From: Nageia nagi
Taxonomy: Eukaryota > Plantae > Pinophyta
Direction: 5' to 3'
DNA length: 64,000 nucleotides
Assembly (NCBI GenBank): GCA_050084985.1
Contig: JBITNC010000001.1
Span: 198,028,001-198,092,000 of the forward strand
Part shown: piece by piece, positions 45,001 through 58,510 of the stretch
How positions within the stretch are numbered: the stretch's first letter is position 1
Layout: every line of letters begins with the position of its first letter
The notes under the pieces: generated by a model
What the model was told of the DNA's origin: nothing
Databases searched by the model: none
Seen by the model: the letters and a program-made list of their open reading frames with translations, nothing else
Program-made: the position numbers and the translations under genes

Positions 45001-46130
45001 TAATATATTTGAGGAATCAAAATATCCCTTTGTGGGGAGGAGTGATATGAAATTAGATAATTAAAAAAATATATTTTTTCTTCTTTGTATAAATGTTGTC
45101 TTTCTTAAGATGCTGACACTTATTATGGTTAGTTAATTAGAGTCTAAAATAAAAAGTTATGGTATTTTAAGAAGATATAAATAAATGTTATAATTAAAAA
45201 TGTTATTACCACAAAGTAGTGGTATCTTTGATGGTTGACATTGGCATCCTTATTGATGGCCACTTCAACATAATATGATATCAGGGAGTAGTCAAAAGAT
45301 CAATGATGATGTAACATTGGTAATTTGCATATGGTAGTTAACAAAACCATAAGGAAATTAAAGGTTGATAATGTTAGGTTAATAGTTAGCATGTCTCAAG
45401 GTTGGTGATATGTGAGAAATGACTAAAGGGTATGGCCAAAAGATATAGTTAATCGATAGTCAAAGCTACTAGTAAACTAACACCATACATCTCCTAACAC
45501 TTCATCCAATTATGGGTATTAAAGGATTGTTAGTTATTTTAATAAAGTTGTATGATTTAATTTTAGATATTAAATCAAATATAAAAATAAAATAAAATCA
45601 AAACTATTATAACTAATACAATATTAGTTATAACAAATAAAAATAAAATACTAAAAAATATCAAATATGTTCAATTTAATTTTTCTAAGTGGGAAAATAA
45701 TCTAAAATAGTTAAATACCCATTGTAACCTCTTTCCATTCATATTAATCGCTTTTAGGGTTAGAAATGGGCTTAAGGGTGGGATAAGAAGAAGGATGATA
45801 ATGTAAAAATATTTAAAATGAGTGTAAAGTGATGGAAAATATGTAAAAAACAATGAATTTTTTTGAGTCGACAAGGGATTCAATGGTATATCTATTGTAC
45901 AATCCCATGTACTTCTATGTAATTTTGAGATTTAAATATGTAGAAATATTTTGTTCTTAGTATTAGAGAGGTATAAAAGGGTCCTAAATCCCACATGAAG
46001 AAATTGCAATATTTGGTCATTGTTGAATTATAGGAGTTGGAGATTTTTATTATTGGGGATTTCCTCCTATATAGGGTTTCCAAGTTGATGAGTTTTATAA
46101 GTTGTAACTCAGATGTTGTTATTATCTCTT
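42060..46130 (+). mobile_element. Decayed non-autonomous Gypsy element (gag plus aspartic protease, no RT)
   Basis: LTR similarity between 42090-42310 and 45455-45670. Degenerate PBS near 42782. Gag remnants (WIKQME, LKLEGHSLVSW, KYIEGIH) and protease remnants (HPHPYSL, ELDVVPF...IMLG) at 43490-44730. PPT GGGGAGGAG at 45034-45042. Ends approximate. Confidence 0.7.
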
Positions 46131-47847
46131 GGTGAACCATTCATCTATTTAATGCTTAGGGACCATTTTATTTTGAAGAGTTGGTACTCCAATTTTGTAG
46201 TATTTTAGAACCTCTCATGTTTATTTCAAGTGAACCAACTTGTTCTAACTTAAAACGGATTTCAAAATATGAATTTAATGGAGTGTTTCTCTATACGATC
46301 TAATATGTTACTTTGGACTCTATTGAGTGGTACTATCTTACTTTGAGAAAAAGAACTTCACACAATTACCACACTTCAATGAAAAATAACTAACTACAAT
46401 CAACTCTACAAAGAATGCTTATATACCATAAGTAAGTATAAATATATAGCTAAAACCCAACTATTCTACCTTACTCTTATATCTAATCCTATTACAGAAA
46501 GAGTTGCAAGGATTGGTCACCCTTGGTGGGCCCTTACCAAGTTAGAACAATATACCATATCTCTTGCCTACTTTACTCTACTTCAACAAATGAAACTCAT
46601 TCATACACACAACATATGAAACCATAATTGAAGATAAAATAAACTTTTTATTCCAACAAGTTTTTTATGTCATTACTATAAGATATGGCATCTTTAGTAA
46701 GGATTGAACAAGATACAAATTTTGAACAAGGTATAACTTATCAACAACATAACACTTGAATACATAAATATCCTAACTCCCATATTGAACCAACAAGATT
46801 CATTAATAATATGATTGAATTATTCATGCTTACAATAGAAATCTAAATTGAGTACTCATTGACTAGAATAGCTAAAACAATTACAACTATTAGACTTGAT
46901 AAAGATATGGTCAATCTCGGATAGGAGAGGTTATTGGAGAAAATCATTCATCCAACCTATAGAAAGGTTCACCAATTATGATGATGATATCCTCCTATAC
47001 ATTAGCTGACTCTCTTTAATCTTCCTTTGATTGAAATCCCTCCTAGTTTGGCAATTCCACATTCTTAGGAACTAGTTGACTATAAAGGAGTCTATAATAC
47101 AATCGTAATAAATTTCATAGTTAAGTCAACTTCTCCAAAAATATTCCAATCTGAAAAGCATTGAGAGATACCAAAATTTCAAAAATACATACAAAAAATA
47201 ACTAATACATATATTTCATATAAAATATCAACTATAATCATTCATCATCATTAATAATCTTAAGTTATCAAAATAACAATATTAGAGTCATAGTGTTCAT
47301 GAGCATAATTTAAATAGTAAATAGTTTGGGGTTCAAAACTAGGAAAATAAGTAAAATAAATGATTATACTATACCTATCATTCCCTCCAACTGGATCTAT
47401 TGCATGTCCTCATGTAATTTCTACTTCCCTCCTTTTGTTATTCAAATGAGGCATGTTTCTAGGCTTCCCAAGCCTCCCTCCTAACAACTCATGAAGCTTC
47501 AGTTGGTGCAGTCCTTTTTGCAAGAAAATTAGTAGTAATAGGTGCCTTTTGTTAATTAGATGACTCAAAACTATGCATAAGGGTATGGAACCTCTCTAGG
47601 CTCTTTTTTCGATGCTTCCTTAGGCTCTTTTATTGGTGCTTCATGAGGATATTCTATTGGTGCTTCCTCAAGCTCTTCTTTAGTGTCAAAATTAGGATGG
47701 TATCCCCATTTTTTATTTGATTCTTATAGTTCACTCAAAGCATCATTCTTATGGGACATCTATTTCAATATTCATTTATTTTTTCTATGTTTGATTAGTG
47801 GTTTTTGAGCCTTCATAGAAGTTTCATCATATCTTTTCTTTGTATGT

Positions 47848-48280
47848 ATGGGTAATGGTGGTCTAGTTGTACCTTCCTTGGATGATTCATCTATGGATAT
47901 AGATCATGATCTCATAGGGGAACTACTCCTAATGTATTGTAGTGTTTATGATATTTCCATATCCTATAGCCTTTTCTCTATTCAAAGTTTCATGATGGTA
48001 GAAGAAAATTTTTTTGGGTGTGAAGTTTCATTATGTCCTTTATTTGGATGAATGGGTAATGGTGGTTTATTTTACCTTTCTTGGATGATTCATCTATGGA
48101 TATAGATCATGATCTCACAAGGGAACTATTACCAATGGATTGTAGTGTTTATGATATTTCCATATCGTATAGCCTTTTCTCTACAGTGATAAGCCTAACA
48201 TCAAAGTCACTTTTGAGCTACTTGATCTTTGTTTGAAGTTTTGTTATGGTAGAAGAAATTTTTTTTGGGTGTGAAATTTA
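47848..48280. repeat. ~200-bp tandem duplication in decayed TE-like sequence
   Basis: ATGGGTAATGGTGGT...GGATGATTCATCTATGGATATAGATCATGATCTCA occurs at 47848 and 48052. The second copy carries an extra ~50 bp. Confidence 0.85.
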
Positions 48281-51200
48281 TTTTTCTATATTCATGTATG
48301 CTTTCCTCCTCTTTTTAGCCTAGGGTATAACCTCTTTCTCACTTCCACTCTCATTGGATTATAGTCCTTGATCTCCAAGTATATTGGAGGTATAACCCTT
48401 CTTAGTTTATGGATGGAGGGGTTTTATTGTCCTTAAAACCAGTGTTGCTTCCCATTCCTCATCCTCCTCCGATGTGTATGGTAGGTTCATCTCTAGGAAG
48501 TAGGGTGTGTCATGGGAGGCAAAACCTATTCATGGGATGAGGGGTTTAGATGGATCCTTACCCTTATTATTTCATTGTGGTTCTACACTTGACACTCATT
48601 TCATGATTATTATACTGGGTTGTTGCTTGCTTCCTCCATGCTACCTTTCTCTATAGATTGCTCATCTTGTTTTGACCCTAATTCCTCTTCTAAAGCATGT
48701 GAGTCAAATACTCCAATAACACCCACCATCTTTGACTAACTTAGATTTGGAATAACTTCAATTTGATATAGGATAAGGAACTTAATTAACGTTGAGTGTG
48801 CCAAATATTGTTAACTTCTATTTTTGACCTTATTGGTCATGGTTTTGAGAGATTATTTCAAGTAGTAGGGGATATTCAATATATACTCGTTATTATCAAC
48901 GTATTTTATGTAAAACAAAAACTCTAAATGGTAGATATTAGCCATAAAAAATCAGCCATTTAAGATAAAATAATACATAATAATAACCAAACCCTTCCAA
49001 GGCTAAGGCATAGAATTAATTTTAATACCTTTAATGTGGTCCTTGACTTTGTTGTAAACACATCAAATCTCTAGTTTCTTCACTAGCTTAGTAAGTTTCA
49101 GTCATATAACCTTGTACCATTATCTCCCTTATGCTATAAGACCTAAGACCCTCCCAATTACTCTAGTAGTAATATACATCATAATATAATATGATAAATG
49201 TGCTTCCATACTATCTATATCCAATCATCATGAAAATCTTTGGCTATTATGATATTTTAGCCTTAGAAATGTTAGAATGCTTACAACATTCCACCTTATT
49301 CAATAATCTCTTCCCTTACTTAGTTAATGGGGATCAATTGAGCCATTCAACCTTTATATGCTTAATTGCTATGATCGTGGTGGCCAAATAGTTGTGCTAT
49401 GGAAGGCAAACAATCAATATGCACACTTTCTCAATGTGCATGCATGTACGTGTAAAATTTTAATCTATGTACTACCTACATATATAAATTATTCTTTTAA
49501 ATCTTTTCAACACATTTAGAAAATATTTCTTAGCAAGGTGAAAAAGTAGATATTTGGATCAAATGTGACCTTTTCCATGTGCATGACATATGTGTAATCT
49601 TGCCTCGTACATATCAAAATTAGGGCATGGTAAGCCATCTTATCCCATGTATGAAGTCATCATGTCAAGTCATTATAGTTACTACATCTTGTCATTACAA
49701 CATCAATAAATAAATAAATTTATTTATTTATTAATATCAAGTAATCACTTTGATTATGACTTATTTGCATGATGTCATGTACATGAAAAATAATGGCCAA
49801 AAGGTGTACACTTGTTACTATGATATGAGCTTGGGTATTTATCACATCATCATTTGAACTTGTGGTACATACTATTTTCAATGTGGATATACCATATCAT
49901 CATTTATTGATACTTATGGTCTATTACTTGGTCACATCAATTTGGCATTATCAAATAGGCATGACCCTTACCCCAAAGGGTAAGTTATCATCCTTGTTAG
50001 TATACTCCATTAGTCATGCTTAGTCCTTGCTAGTTGTGCTTAGTCCACACTAGTTATGCTTATTCAATTATATTCAAACATTTATTGACTTGTTGACTAA
50101 GCATGCCTTTTTTTTATGAAAAATTATACTTGTAATATTGACTTCAAAAGAGGTTACAAAAAGTTTACAGCATACAATTACATAAAATAAATCTTATTGT
50201 ATGTATTTAATCATTGAAAATTTGCTTAAAATTTTCCCAATGACTAGGTTTTGCAATGATGATCAACTGTATTGCCTACTAGTTGAGACTAATTTAAACT
50301 AAAGCAAAATATCTAATTGTGTAAAGTTAAGGATAAACAACATAAACTAGAAAAGTGAGAATAAAATATTCCTCCCCCCAACTAAAGGTTTTCCATGGTC
50401 CTATATCACTTACTTCCCACTCGATAAAGTAATCTAATTATATGTCAAAAATATTTATCTAATGAGGAAGCCCATCCTATGCAAACCTTGCACTTGACCT
50501 ATGGATTGTAAAGTAAAGGTGATATTGGAGGATACTAAGAGCTATGGAAGCAAACTTATGGAGATATATAATAATGAGGAACACATCATGCATGGAGGTG
50601 AAGTTACTGGCTATATCCAAATAACAATGAAGCAGGCCAACATAGTTAAGGTCGGAATGGACCCTAAAGATATCTAGTAATGACACACTCTTGAACTATT
50701 AAAATAATAAAATTCCATGGTAGAAGAAATTCTAACTTTAGTATAAAGATGTAAGCCATGATGGGTGAATCCCTAGAAAGAACATGTATGATCCTTGTTG
50801 GAATGCAAGGGACAAATGATGAGATTGAAAGCTCAGTGGGGGAGACGTAAACTTGTGTTTTATTTTCATTATCTAATGTTTAGTCTAGTAAGGAAAATAG
50901 TGTTAGGTATAGTGTATTATATTTATTCCTTAATTAGTTATAAACCTTGTTAAAGTTCAAAAAAATTCCTTCTTTTTTTCTCATTAATACATTATATTGC
51001 ATATCATGTTGATTTACTTGTTTATATATGAATGCATTTGATAGTTAAAGAAAAAATAATTGGAAATAAAACTAATTTTAGAATATATTGAAAATGGATT
51101 CTATTTCATTCTTTATATCATTGAATGCATACACTTGAATTCATATTTAAATACTAAAATTGTATCCTTCAATATTTTTAACACAATTGCATGCATTGGT

Positions 51201-53030
51201 TGTTGTTGTCATAGTTACCAAGTTCAACTTAACTTGTCCAAGGTTCAATCCAAATTGATTAAAGAAAAAAAGGAGAACTAATTTGGTTTTATTTGATCTT
51301 AATTAAAATAAATAAATAAAACCCTATTTGTGCTTAGAAAAATCCATTACCTAATACCAACATATAAAGAAATTATTTTCTATAGGTTGTAATGATGACA
51401 TTATAAGAAATATCTCTTCGATCATTCCATCAAAAATGCCACAAGCATCGACAAGGCTATTACACTTGACATACATTTGGAGAACCATGTTATACAAAAA
51501 AAAATCTTTATGAATCTCAGCTAATTGTGAATGAGAGTGTGGATATTATTTTCCTGGTACAACACTTTCTTCTAAATGCAACACTGTAAGATACAAAAGT
51601 ATGTGAAGGAGTCTATGAAGTCATAAATATTATGCACTACATGCATAACATCATTGAGGAAACCCTATTTTAAGGTTTAAACTATTTTAATTTTAATGTA
51701 TTAATTTAATAAATAATTTGATGTAATATTTTTATTTAATATATCTTAATACTATTTTCTTATCAAGAAATACATGAACTAGACTCATTTTCTAATAACT
51801 TTCGTATTTAATTACAAAATACAAATTTGTGTTTATCATTTACATATTGCATTACTTGAATAGATGTAATTTTTCAAATTATTTATTTCTTGTTCTTTAT
51901 CTTTAATTAAATTTTAAAATATATGGTATAAATGATAAGAGATAAGGTAGGTTAGTTCACTATTAAGAGCATAATCTGATGGGTGTTGTGAATCTTGATC
52001 AATATTTATTGAATATCTTTTCTTTTTTTGTTTTTGGTCTACATTTTTTTTTATTAATGGGCTAATTTTGTATTAATAAAAACATGAATTTTATAAGGAT
52101 CTTCACAAACCTTTTACGATAGAAAACTGACCAACACATATGAATTCTATCCATAGACATAGTTTTGTAAATGAAAGACTTCCATAACTAGGTCAAAGGC
52201 TATTCACATATTAGAAAACCAAAGCATTGTATCAAAAAGCCCATACTAAAATATTTAATAATAACTAATAGCCTATTTAACTTTTAATACTACTAAAATA
52301 TACTACTTGATAATAAAAAGAAAACACAACTAACAATTTGTTAATAATAAGAGTCCAAAATGATGAAATATCCAATCAAAACATAAGCTTTAGGTCATCT
52401 ATTGCAATATTATACCCATCATCCTATACTACATATATGATAAGAAGCTCTATTTTTCATATTTGTTCTTGTAGAAATGATTGTAGGTATTCTTTAACAT
52501 GACTTCCTTAAAGCCAAGTATCAACCCTTACTCATTGTATTTTGAACTGTGGCCATCCTTCCCACATATCGCTTCAACCAACACTTTATTTTGAATTTTT
52601 GGTTTATTTTAATTGTTAAAATATTATTTTAATTAGAGTTTACTTACCTAATTCAATTTTTATAGGTTCAAAATAGTTTTGTTTGAGTTTAAGAGATGAT
52701 CCACCAGAGTTCACAATACTACTTAGAATTAAGAAATTTTAGTTACATTATAATTTCCAAAGGATACTAAAAGTTTCCCCAATATATGATTATTTTATAT
52801 TTTATAAGATATAAATAAAAAATTAAAAATATAATTTTAAATGATCAATTCTCTTTATGATCAAGCTATTTTCAAGGAAATAAAGTTCTCCACACTCATA
52901 ATGATGAAGCTTCTAATGATTGTAATATAAACCCTTCTTGATGAACCAATATTTAAAGTGACATAAATAATTTTCTAAAACATTATAAGCCCACCAAGAT
53001 AGTTTTTTTAAATTAATTCATCAAGGAAGT

Positions 53031-56000
53031 TATTGAATATAAAATTAGAGCTTCTTCATCCAAGCATTGGATCAAGATAAGTCCCCAACCTCCATAATTT
53101 TGAATAGGTCAATTCATGTTTCCAATTAGGCATGGAAAGCCCTCCATTTTTTGTAGGATGAGTCTTTCGTACAAAGGTAAAAAGTTACAATAAAGAGAGG
53201 AAATGTACTAAAAGTAGATGCAAGAAATATAAAATAGAGTGTGCATAGGGGAAAATAAATGACCCTAAGGCCTACATGCCTACATCACTAAGCTACCATG
53301 AATGGAATAAAAAAAATGTTATAAAGCCTAGTTAACTAAACTTAATAGCTTTAGTCTTATGTGCATCCCATTTCCAATAAAATATATGTACATTTTAAAT
53401 GTCATAACATAATAAAGGAAAATACAATGTTATAACATCAATCATTCATGGAAGGAATCTAAATTAAAAAGAGTAAATGATCAATTAATCATCTCATTAA
53501 ACACTTTTTATCAGTATTTCACTTAGGATCAATCCTATATTGTACCAAAGGTTCTTGATTAACATCCATATACATAATAATATCAATAATTAATTGACTA
53601 AAAGCCTCATTAATATGGGCAAAAATCATATTGACTGTAAGAAGATTATACACAAGAATTACAAACTTTGGGTACTCAAGGAAAGACCCTTCTTGCTAAC
53701 TTACTTTGAATATTTATAGAGTAATTACAATAGATAAGAAATATGTTCCTACCTTCACTTAACTAGTATTAAGATATCCTAATGCTTCTAATTAATGCCT
53801 AATAAACTAACTATAAAGTGTTATCTTCATTGGCTATGAGCTCCTTTAATTTGGCAATTTTTAGGTAGTCTCCAAGTGTTTTGATGCTTTATGTTAATAA
53901 AATTCAAAATCTTCATCATCCTTTGAGTAAGCATGTTTTTTCATAGTACTCGCATAACCTTTTTAGCTTTTACTAGCTTCTCTTCTAGAATTTTCATAAT
54001 CTTAGGGATTATTCTTTAAACATATGTTGATTTAGTTGGGTATTTGTTCAAATGATATGACTAAGCAGTGGGCTATTTTCAATAAACTTCTAGGCACCAT
54101 TTTAATTGGTTGACATGTTGGGACCACCCTGGGTTTATATTGGGTAAGCTTAGGCTATTGCATTCTTCCTTAAAGGTACTGCATGAAGTTTTTAGGAGTT
54201 ATGATCTCTAAGAGTTAGGTGTTGATGCATCTTCGAGTGTTGGATATTGATCCATCTCTAGGTGTTAGGTGATGTTCTATCTCTAGGTGTTAGGTACCAC
54301 TCCATATCCGAGCATTAGGTACCATACATTCTAGCTTAAAGAAAAATGACATTATGCTTAAAAGCTTCCCGATTCTATTTGTTATCAATATTTAGTCACC
54401 TATTGGAACATTTAGGTTTGGGAGCAACTGGAACTGAGGGCTCTTACATCCCAAAGTGACATCAACAACTAAAGAATCCTCATATTTATGATCTACCTCC
54501 TCTTGAATTAAATTTACTAAATTATTATAAGATTTGTAGGTCTAATAACCATTAAATTTAGGGACTTTTATGTTCTGAAGAGATGTTAACAACAAAATTT
54601 CTCCATAATCTGCTATCCATCCACCCTTAGCCTCATTTTTATTCAGGACTATAGACCTCAGGGCATTTAGAATCGAGATTTATTGGGTCAAACTACTAAG
54701 TTCCAATCATTATACAATAAGGATCTAAATACAACAATTAATACCAATAGGAGATTTTCACTACAATATTTCTTATTTAATACAAAATTGAAGCAAAAGA
54801 ATGAAAAATAAGAGGCATATTTTAAAATAAAATATTATGAGCATGAAAAATGAAATATTTCTCTTACCCCAAAAAAGATCGATTCAACTAGTTTGAGGCA
54901 AAAATATTACCAACCAAATATACTTTTCAAGGTTGGCATATGATGGGGAAAGTGGATAAAAAATGCAAGGAGAGTAGACATCTCCAATACTTCATGCATC
55001 ATGATATCACATCCTTTCCCAAAAGGTTATAGTATTCAGCTACTTCCATATCATCATGTGGGTTATCGTGGCCTCCATTTTGATATCCCATTATGCTTGC
55101 AAGATATATTTCAATGTGTGTAAGCCAAGAGGGTGGGGTTCTAAGGGGAAATAGAGAAGAAAAGAGTGGAAAAACCATTAAGGAAGGAAAAATTTATGAA
55201 TGGGTTAAGAAGGTAGTATGTAAGGGGCGGTAAAGGAAAGCACTCTGGATGCTAAAACAATGAGGAGATATACTATGGGAGAGAGCATAGGTGTGGGCAC
55301 AAACAACAAAATAATTACGAACAGAGTGAAGGTGGGGATGGTTGAAGATCCTTATTTACATGGCCACCACATCAATACTATCAATTTTCAAGCTTCATAT
55401 GATATCAATAGTTACTCCTATTGATATATTATCATCTTATTTCTTTCTTCTATGAAAACATGAGGAGTTGAAGGCTCATATGTATAGGTAAACTTGATCT
55501 ATTATAGACATGCCTAGTGCTAATTGGTACTTGTGATGTATGTTTAGCTCTAGATTTGATAAGATTTTTGGGGTAATATCAAAGTATCCTTTTATTATCA
55601 TATTTTTCTTAACCTTGATTAGTCATTGGTCACATATAGATCCTTCCTCTTTATTGTGCATGGATCAATCATCCTTAATCTCTTTTGTTGACTAAAATGA
55701 AGCGAACATAAGTAAAATATCTATTCACCCCTATCTAATCAAGACATTGACCAAATATATCGATCAATGTTCCATATACAAAATAGATTCAAAAATGGTT
55801 TATGGGTCCTACCAAGTGTACCAAAAACTATTTACTAGAAATGTAGAGCTTCATCAACCAAGCATTGGATGGAGATAAGTATCCTACCTTTGAGATTTTG
55901 AATAAGTTGGTTCATATTTCAACTAGTTGGTGTAGAAAGCCATCCATTTTGGTAGGATGAGCCTTTTGTATGAAGGTAAAATGTTAAAATAAATGACCTT

Positions 56001-57579
56001 GAGGCTTGCATGCCTAGATCTTTCATGATGTACTTACTACAACCACTAAGCTACTAGGAGCTGAATGAAAAGATGTTATAAAACCTAGTCAAATAAACTT
56101 ATTAGATTCAATCTTATGTGAACCCCATTTCTAATAACTAGAATATACAATTTAAATGCCACAACACAGGGAAGGGTGAGACATTGTTACACCACCAATC
56201 ATTCATGAAAGGAATCTACATTAAAAAGAGAAAATGATCAATTAACTAACTCATTAAACACTATTTATCGGCCTTTCACTTAGGGTCAATCCTATATTGT
56301 ACCAGATGTTCTTGATATATATATGTATGTATATGTAATAATGTCAACAACTAATTAACTAAAAGTCTCATTTGTATGGGTAAACATAATATTAATTGTA
56401 AAAAAATTATACATAAGGATTATAAGCTTCATACACTTAAGGAATTGCCCTTCTTACTAACTTGCTCCAACTATTTATAGATCAATTACAATGAGTAGGA
56501 AGTATGTTTCTTCACAGCTGTAAACTAATGTTTATAATTAATGCATGATCAACCAACTATAGACTATTATCTTTGTTAGCTATGAGCTCCTTTAATATGA
56601 TGATTTTTAGGTGGTATTCAGGTGTTCTAATTATTTATATTAATAAAATTCAAGTAAGCGTATTTTTTCAAAGTACTTGCGCAACCTTTTCAACTTTTAC
56701 CAATTGGTCTTTAGTAATTATGATAAATATTAAGGATTTATTCTCTAAACATATGTTGATTGATCTGGTTATTTTTATGAATGATGTGACTAAGTAGTGG
56801 GATGCTTTCAACAAATTTCTAGGTGCCACATAGAGATATTTAACATGGTTAACATGTTGGCACCACCTAGGTTTCTAATGGGTAAGCCTAGTCTATTACA
56901 TTCTTCCTTGGAGGTATGATAAGAAGTTTCCATGAGTTATGATCTTTGGGAGTTAGGTGTCAATGCATCTCTAGGTGTTAGGTTTTGCTCCATCTTTAGG
57001 CATTAGGTACTGCTCCATCTTCATGTGTTAGGTATTGTATTTTCTATCTTCAAGGAAAATGATGTGATGTTCAAAATATCCCCATTCCTATTTGTTATCA
57101 ACATTAAATTGCCTATTGGAGCATTTAGGTTTAGAAGCAACTATAACTGAGGGCTCTTACATCCCAAAGTAATGTTAGAAACTAAAGACTCTCTTACTTT
57201 AAGATCTGCCTCCTCTTGAATTCAATTTCTTGAGTTCTTATGACATTTTTACATCCTAAAATCATCAAATTCAAAGACTTTTATGTACTAGAGTGATGTT
57301 AACAATAAAATTTCTCTAGCCTTTGCTATCCATACATCCTTAGCCTCATTTTTATTAAGGACTATAGAATCGAGGGCATTTAAAATGAAGATTTTTGGGG
57401 TCAAACTGCTAAGTTCCATTCATTATACAATAATGCTGTAAATATAATAGTTAATACCATTAAGGAGGTTTTCACTATATTATTGCTTATTTAATATTAA
57501 ACTGAAGCAAAAGAATAAAAAAAGAAAGTATTTAAAATAAAATGTTGTGACCAAGAAAAATAAAATAAAATTTATTACA
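53031..57579 (-). mobile_element. Small non-autonomous Ogre/Tat-like element: two ~1.8-kb LTRs around ~1 kb of non-coding sequence
   Basis: Direct repeats at 53031-~54860 and 55829-~57579. Minus-strand TGGTACACTTGGTAGGAC (55823-55806) next to the LTR end resembles a decayed tRNA-Arg PBS. Confidence 0.65.
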
Positions 57580-57719
57580 AAAATCTCAAGAAAAATCAAA
57601 ATTTATTTTATGCCAAAATATCAAGTTTTGAGTTGAAATAGACTAAGGAAACCTAAGATCTAAACCTTTAACTCATTTGAAATTCCCTATAATTTTTAGA
57701 TCTATAAAAACTATAATAG

Positions 57720-58510
57720 AACCAAAAATCTCAAGCAACTAGGTCTCCAAGGTAAAATTAATTTGGTAAGAAGATTAATTTCTCAACTTAGTGATAAGTG
57801 CATGCCTTTTACTCATTTACTTAATAAGGATGCAAAGTTTGTTTGGGATGATAAATGTCAAAAATGATTTGAAGATATCAAGCAATATTTTCTTAATCCT
57901 CCTATTTTGGTTCCAATCATCTTTGCAAAGGAAGCATATATTTATATTTTAGCTACACTATTTGCCTTGGTTGATAATGTTTTGTTAGTAGGATGAACAT
58001 ATCAAAGAAAGGGACATATGTTATCTCAAAAAAACTCTTTTGGACAACAAAATAAGGTACACTCATATGGAAAAGATTTGTCTTGGAATTGCCTTTACTA
58101 CTAAAAAGTTAAGGCATTATCTTTTGTATTGTACCGCATACATTTTTAGTACTCTCAAGCCTTTGAAATACTTCATGGTCAAGCAACATCTTTTAGGAAG
58201 AGTAGAAAAGTGGATGATGTTGTTACAAGATATTATTATTAATGTGGTGAAATAAAATTTTGTGAAGGGATAAGTAATTACATATCTAATAGTTGAATTT
58301 CCCTTGAATGATAGCATTGTGATACATGAGGAGTTCCTAGATGATTATGAGCAATATTCACCACCAAAATAGTGTTCACACCATGGAGAGGGGCATCATG
58401 CCATTATGATGATCAATGAGATATCCTTGATGAGCATGCATGATTCATAAATAATGAGCATCAAGAATGAACATTGTATTTTAACAGATCAAAGTGCACA
58501 TATGGAGCGG
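57720..58510 (+). pseudogene. Tat/Ogre-type Gypsy pol fragment (RT C-terminus, RNase H, start of the additional RNase H)
   Basis: GLQGKINLVRR...FVWDDKCQK*FEDIKQY..NPPIL...RYTHMEKICL...KKLRHY...GRVEKWMMLLQ...TLYFNRSK (decayed WxLYFDGS). Cut by the LTR at 58511. Confidence 0.85.

Noticed and set aside
46300-52900. Additional gene or third accessory ORF on the minus strand (e.g. ITTRVIGRVLGL near 49150)
   Set aside because: Too decayed to assign by eye. It is probably old TE sequence and would need TBLASTX against a repeat library.
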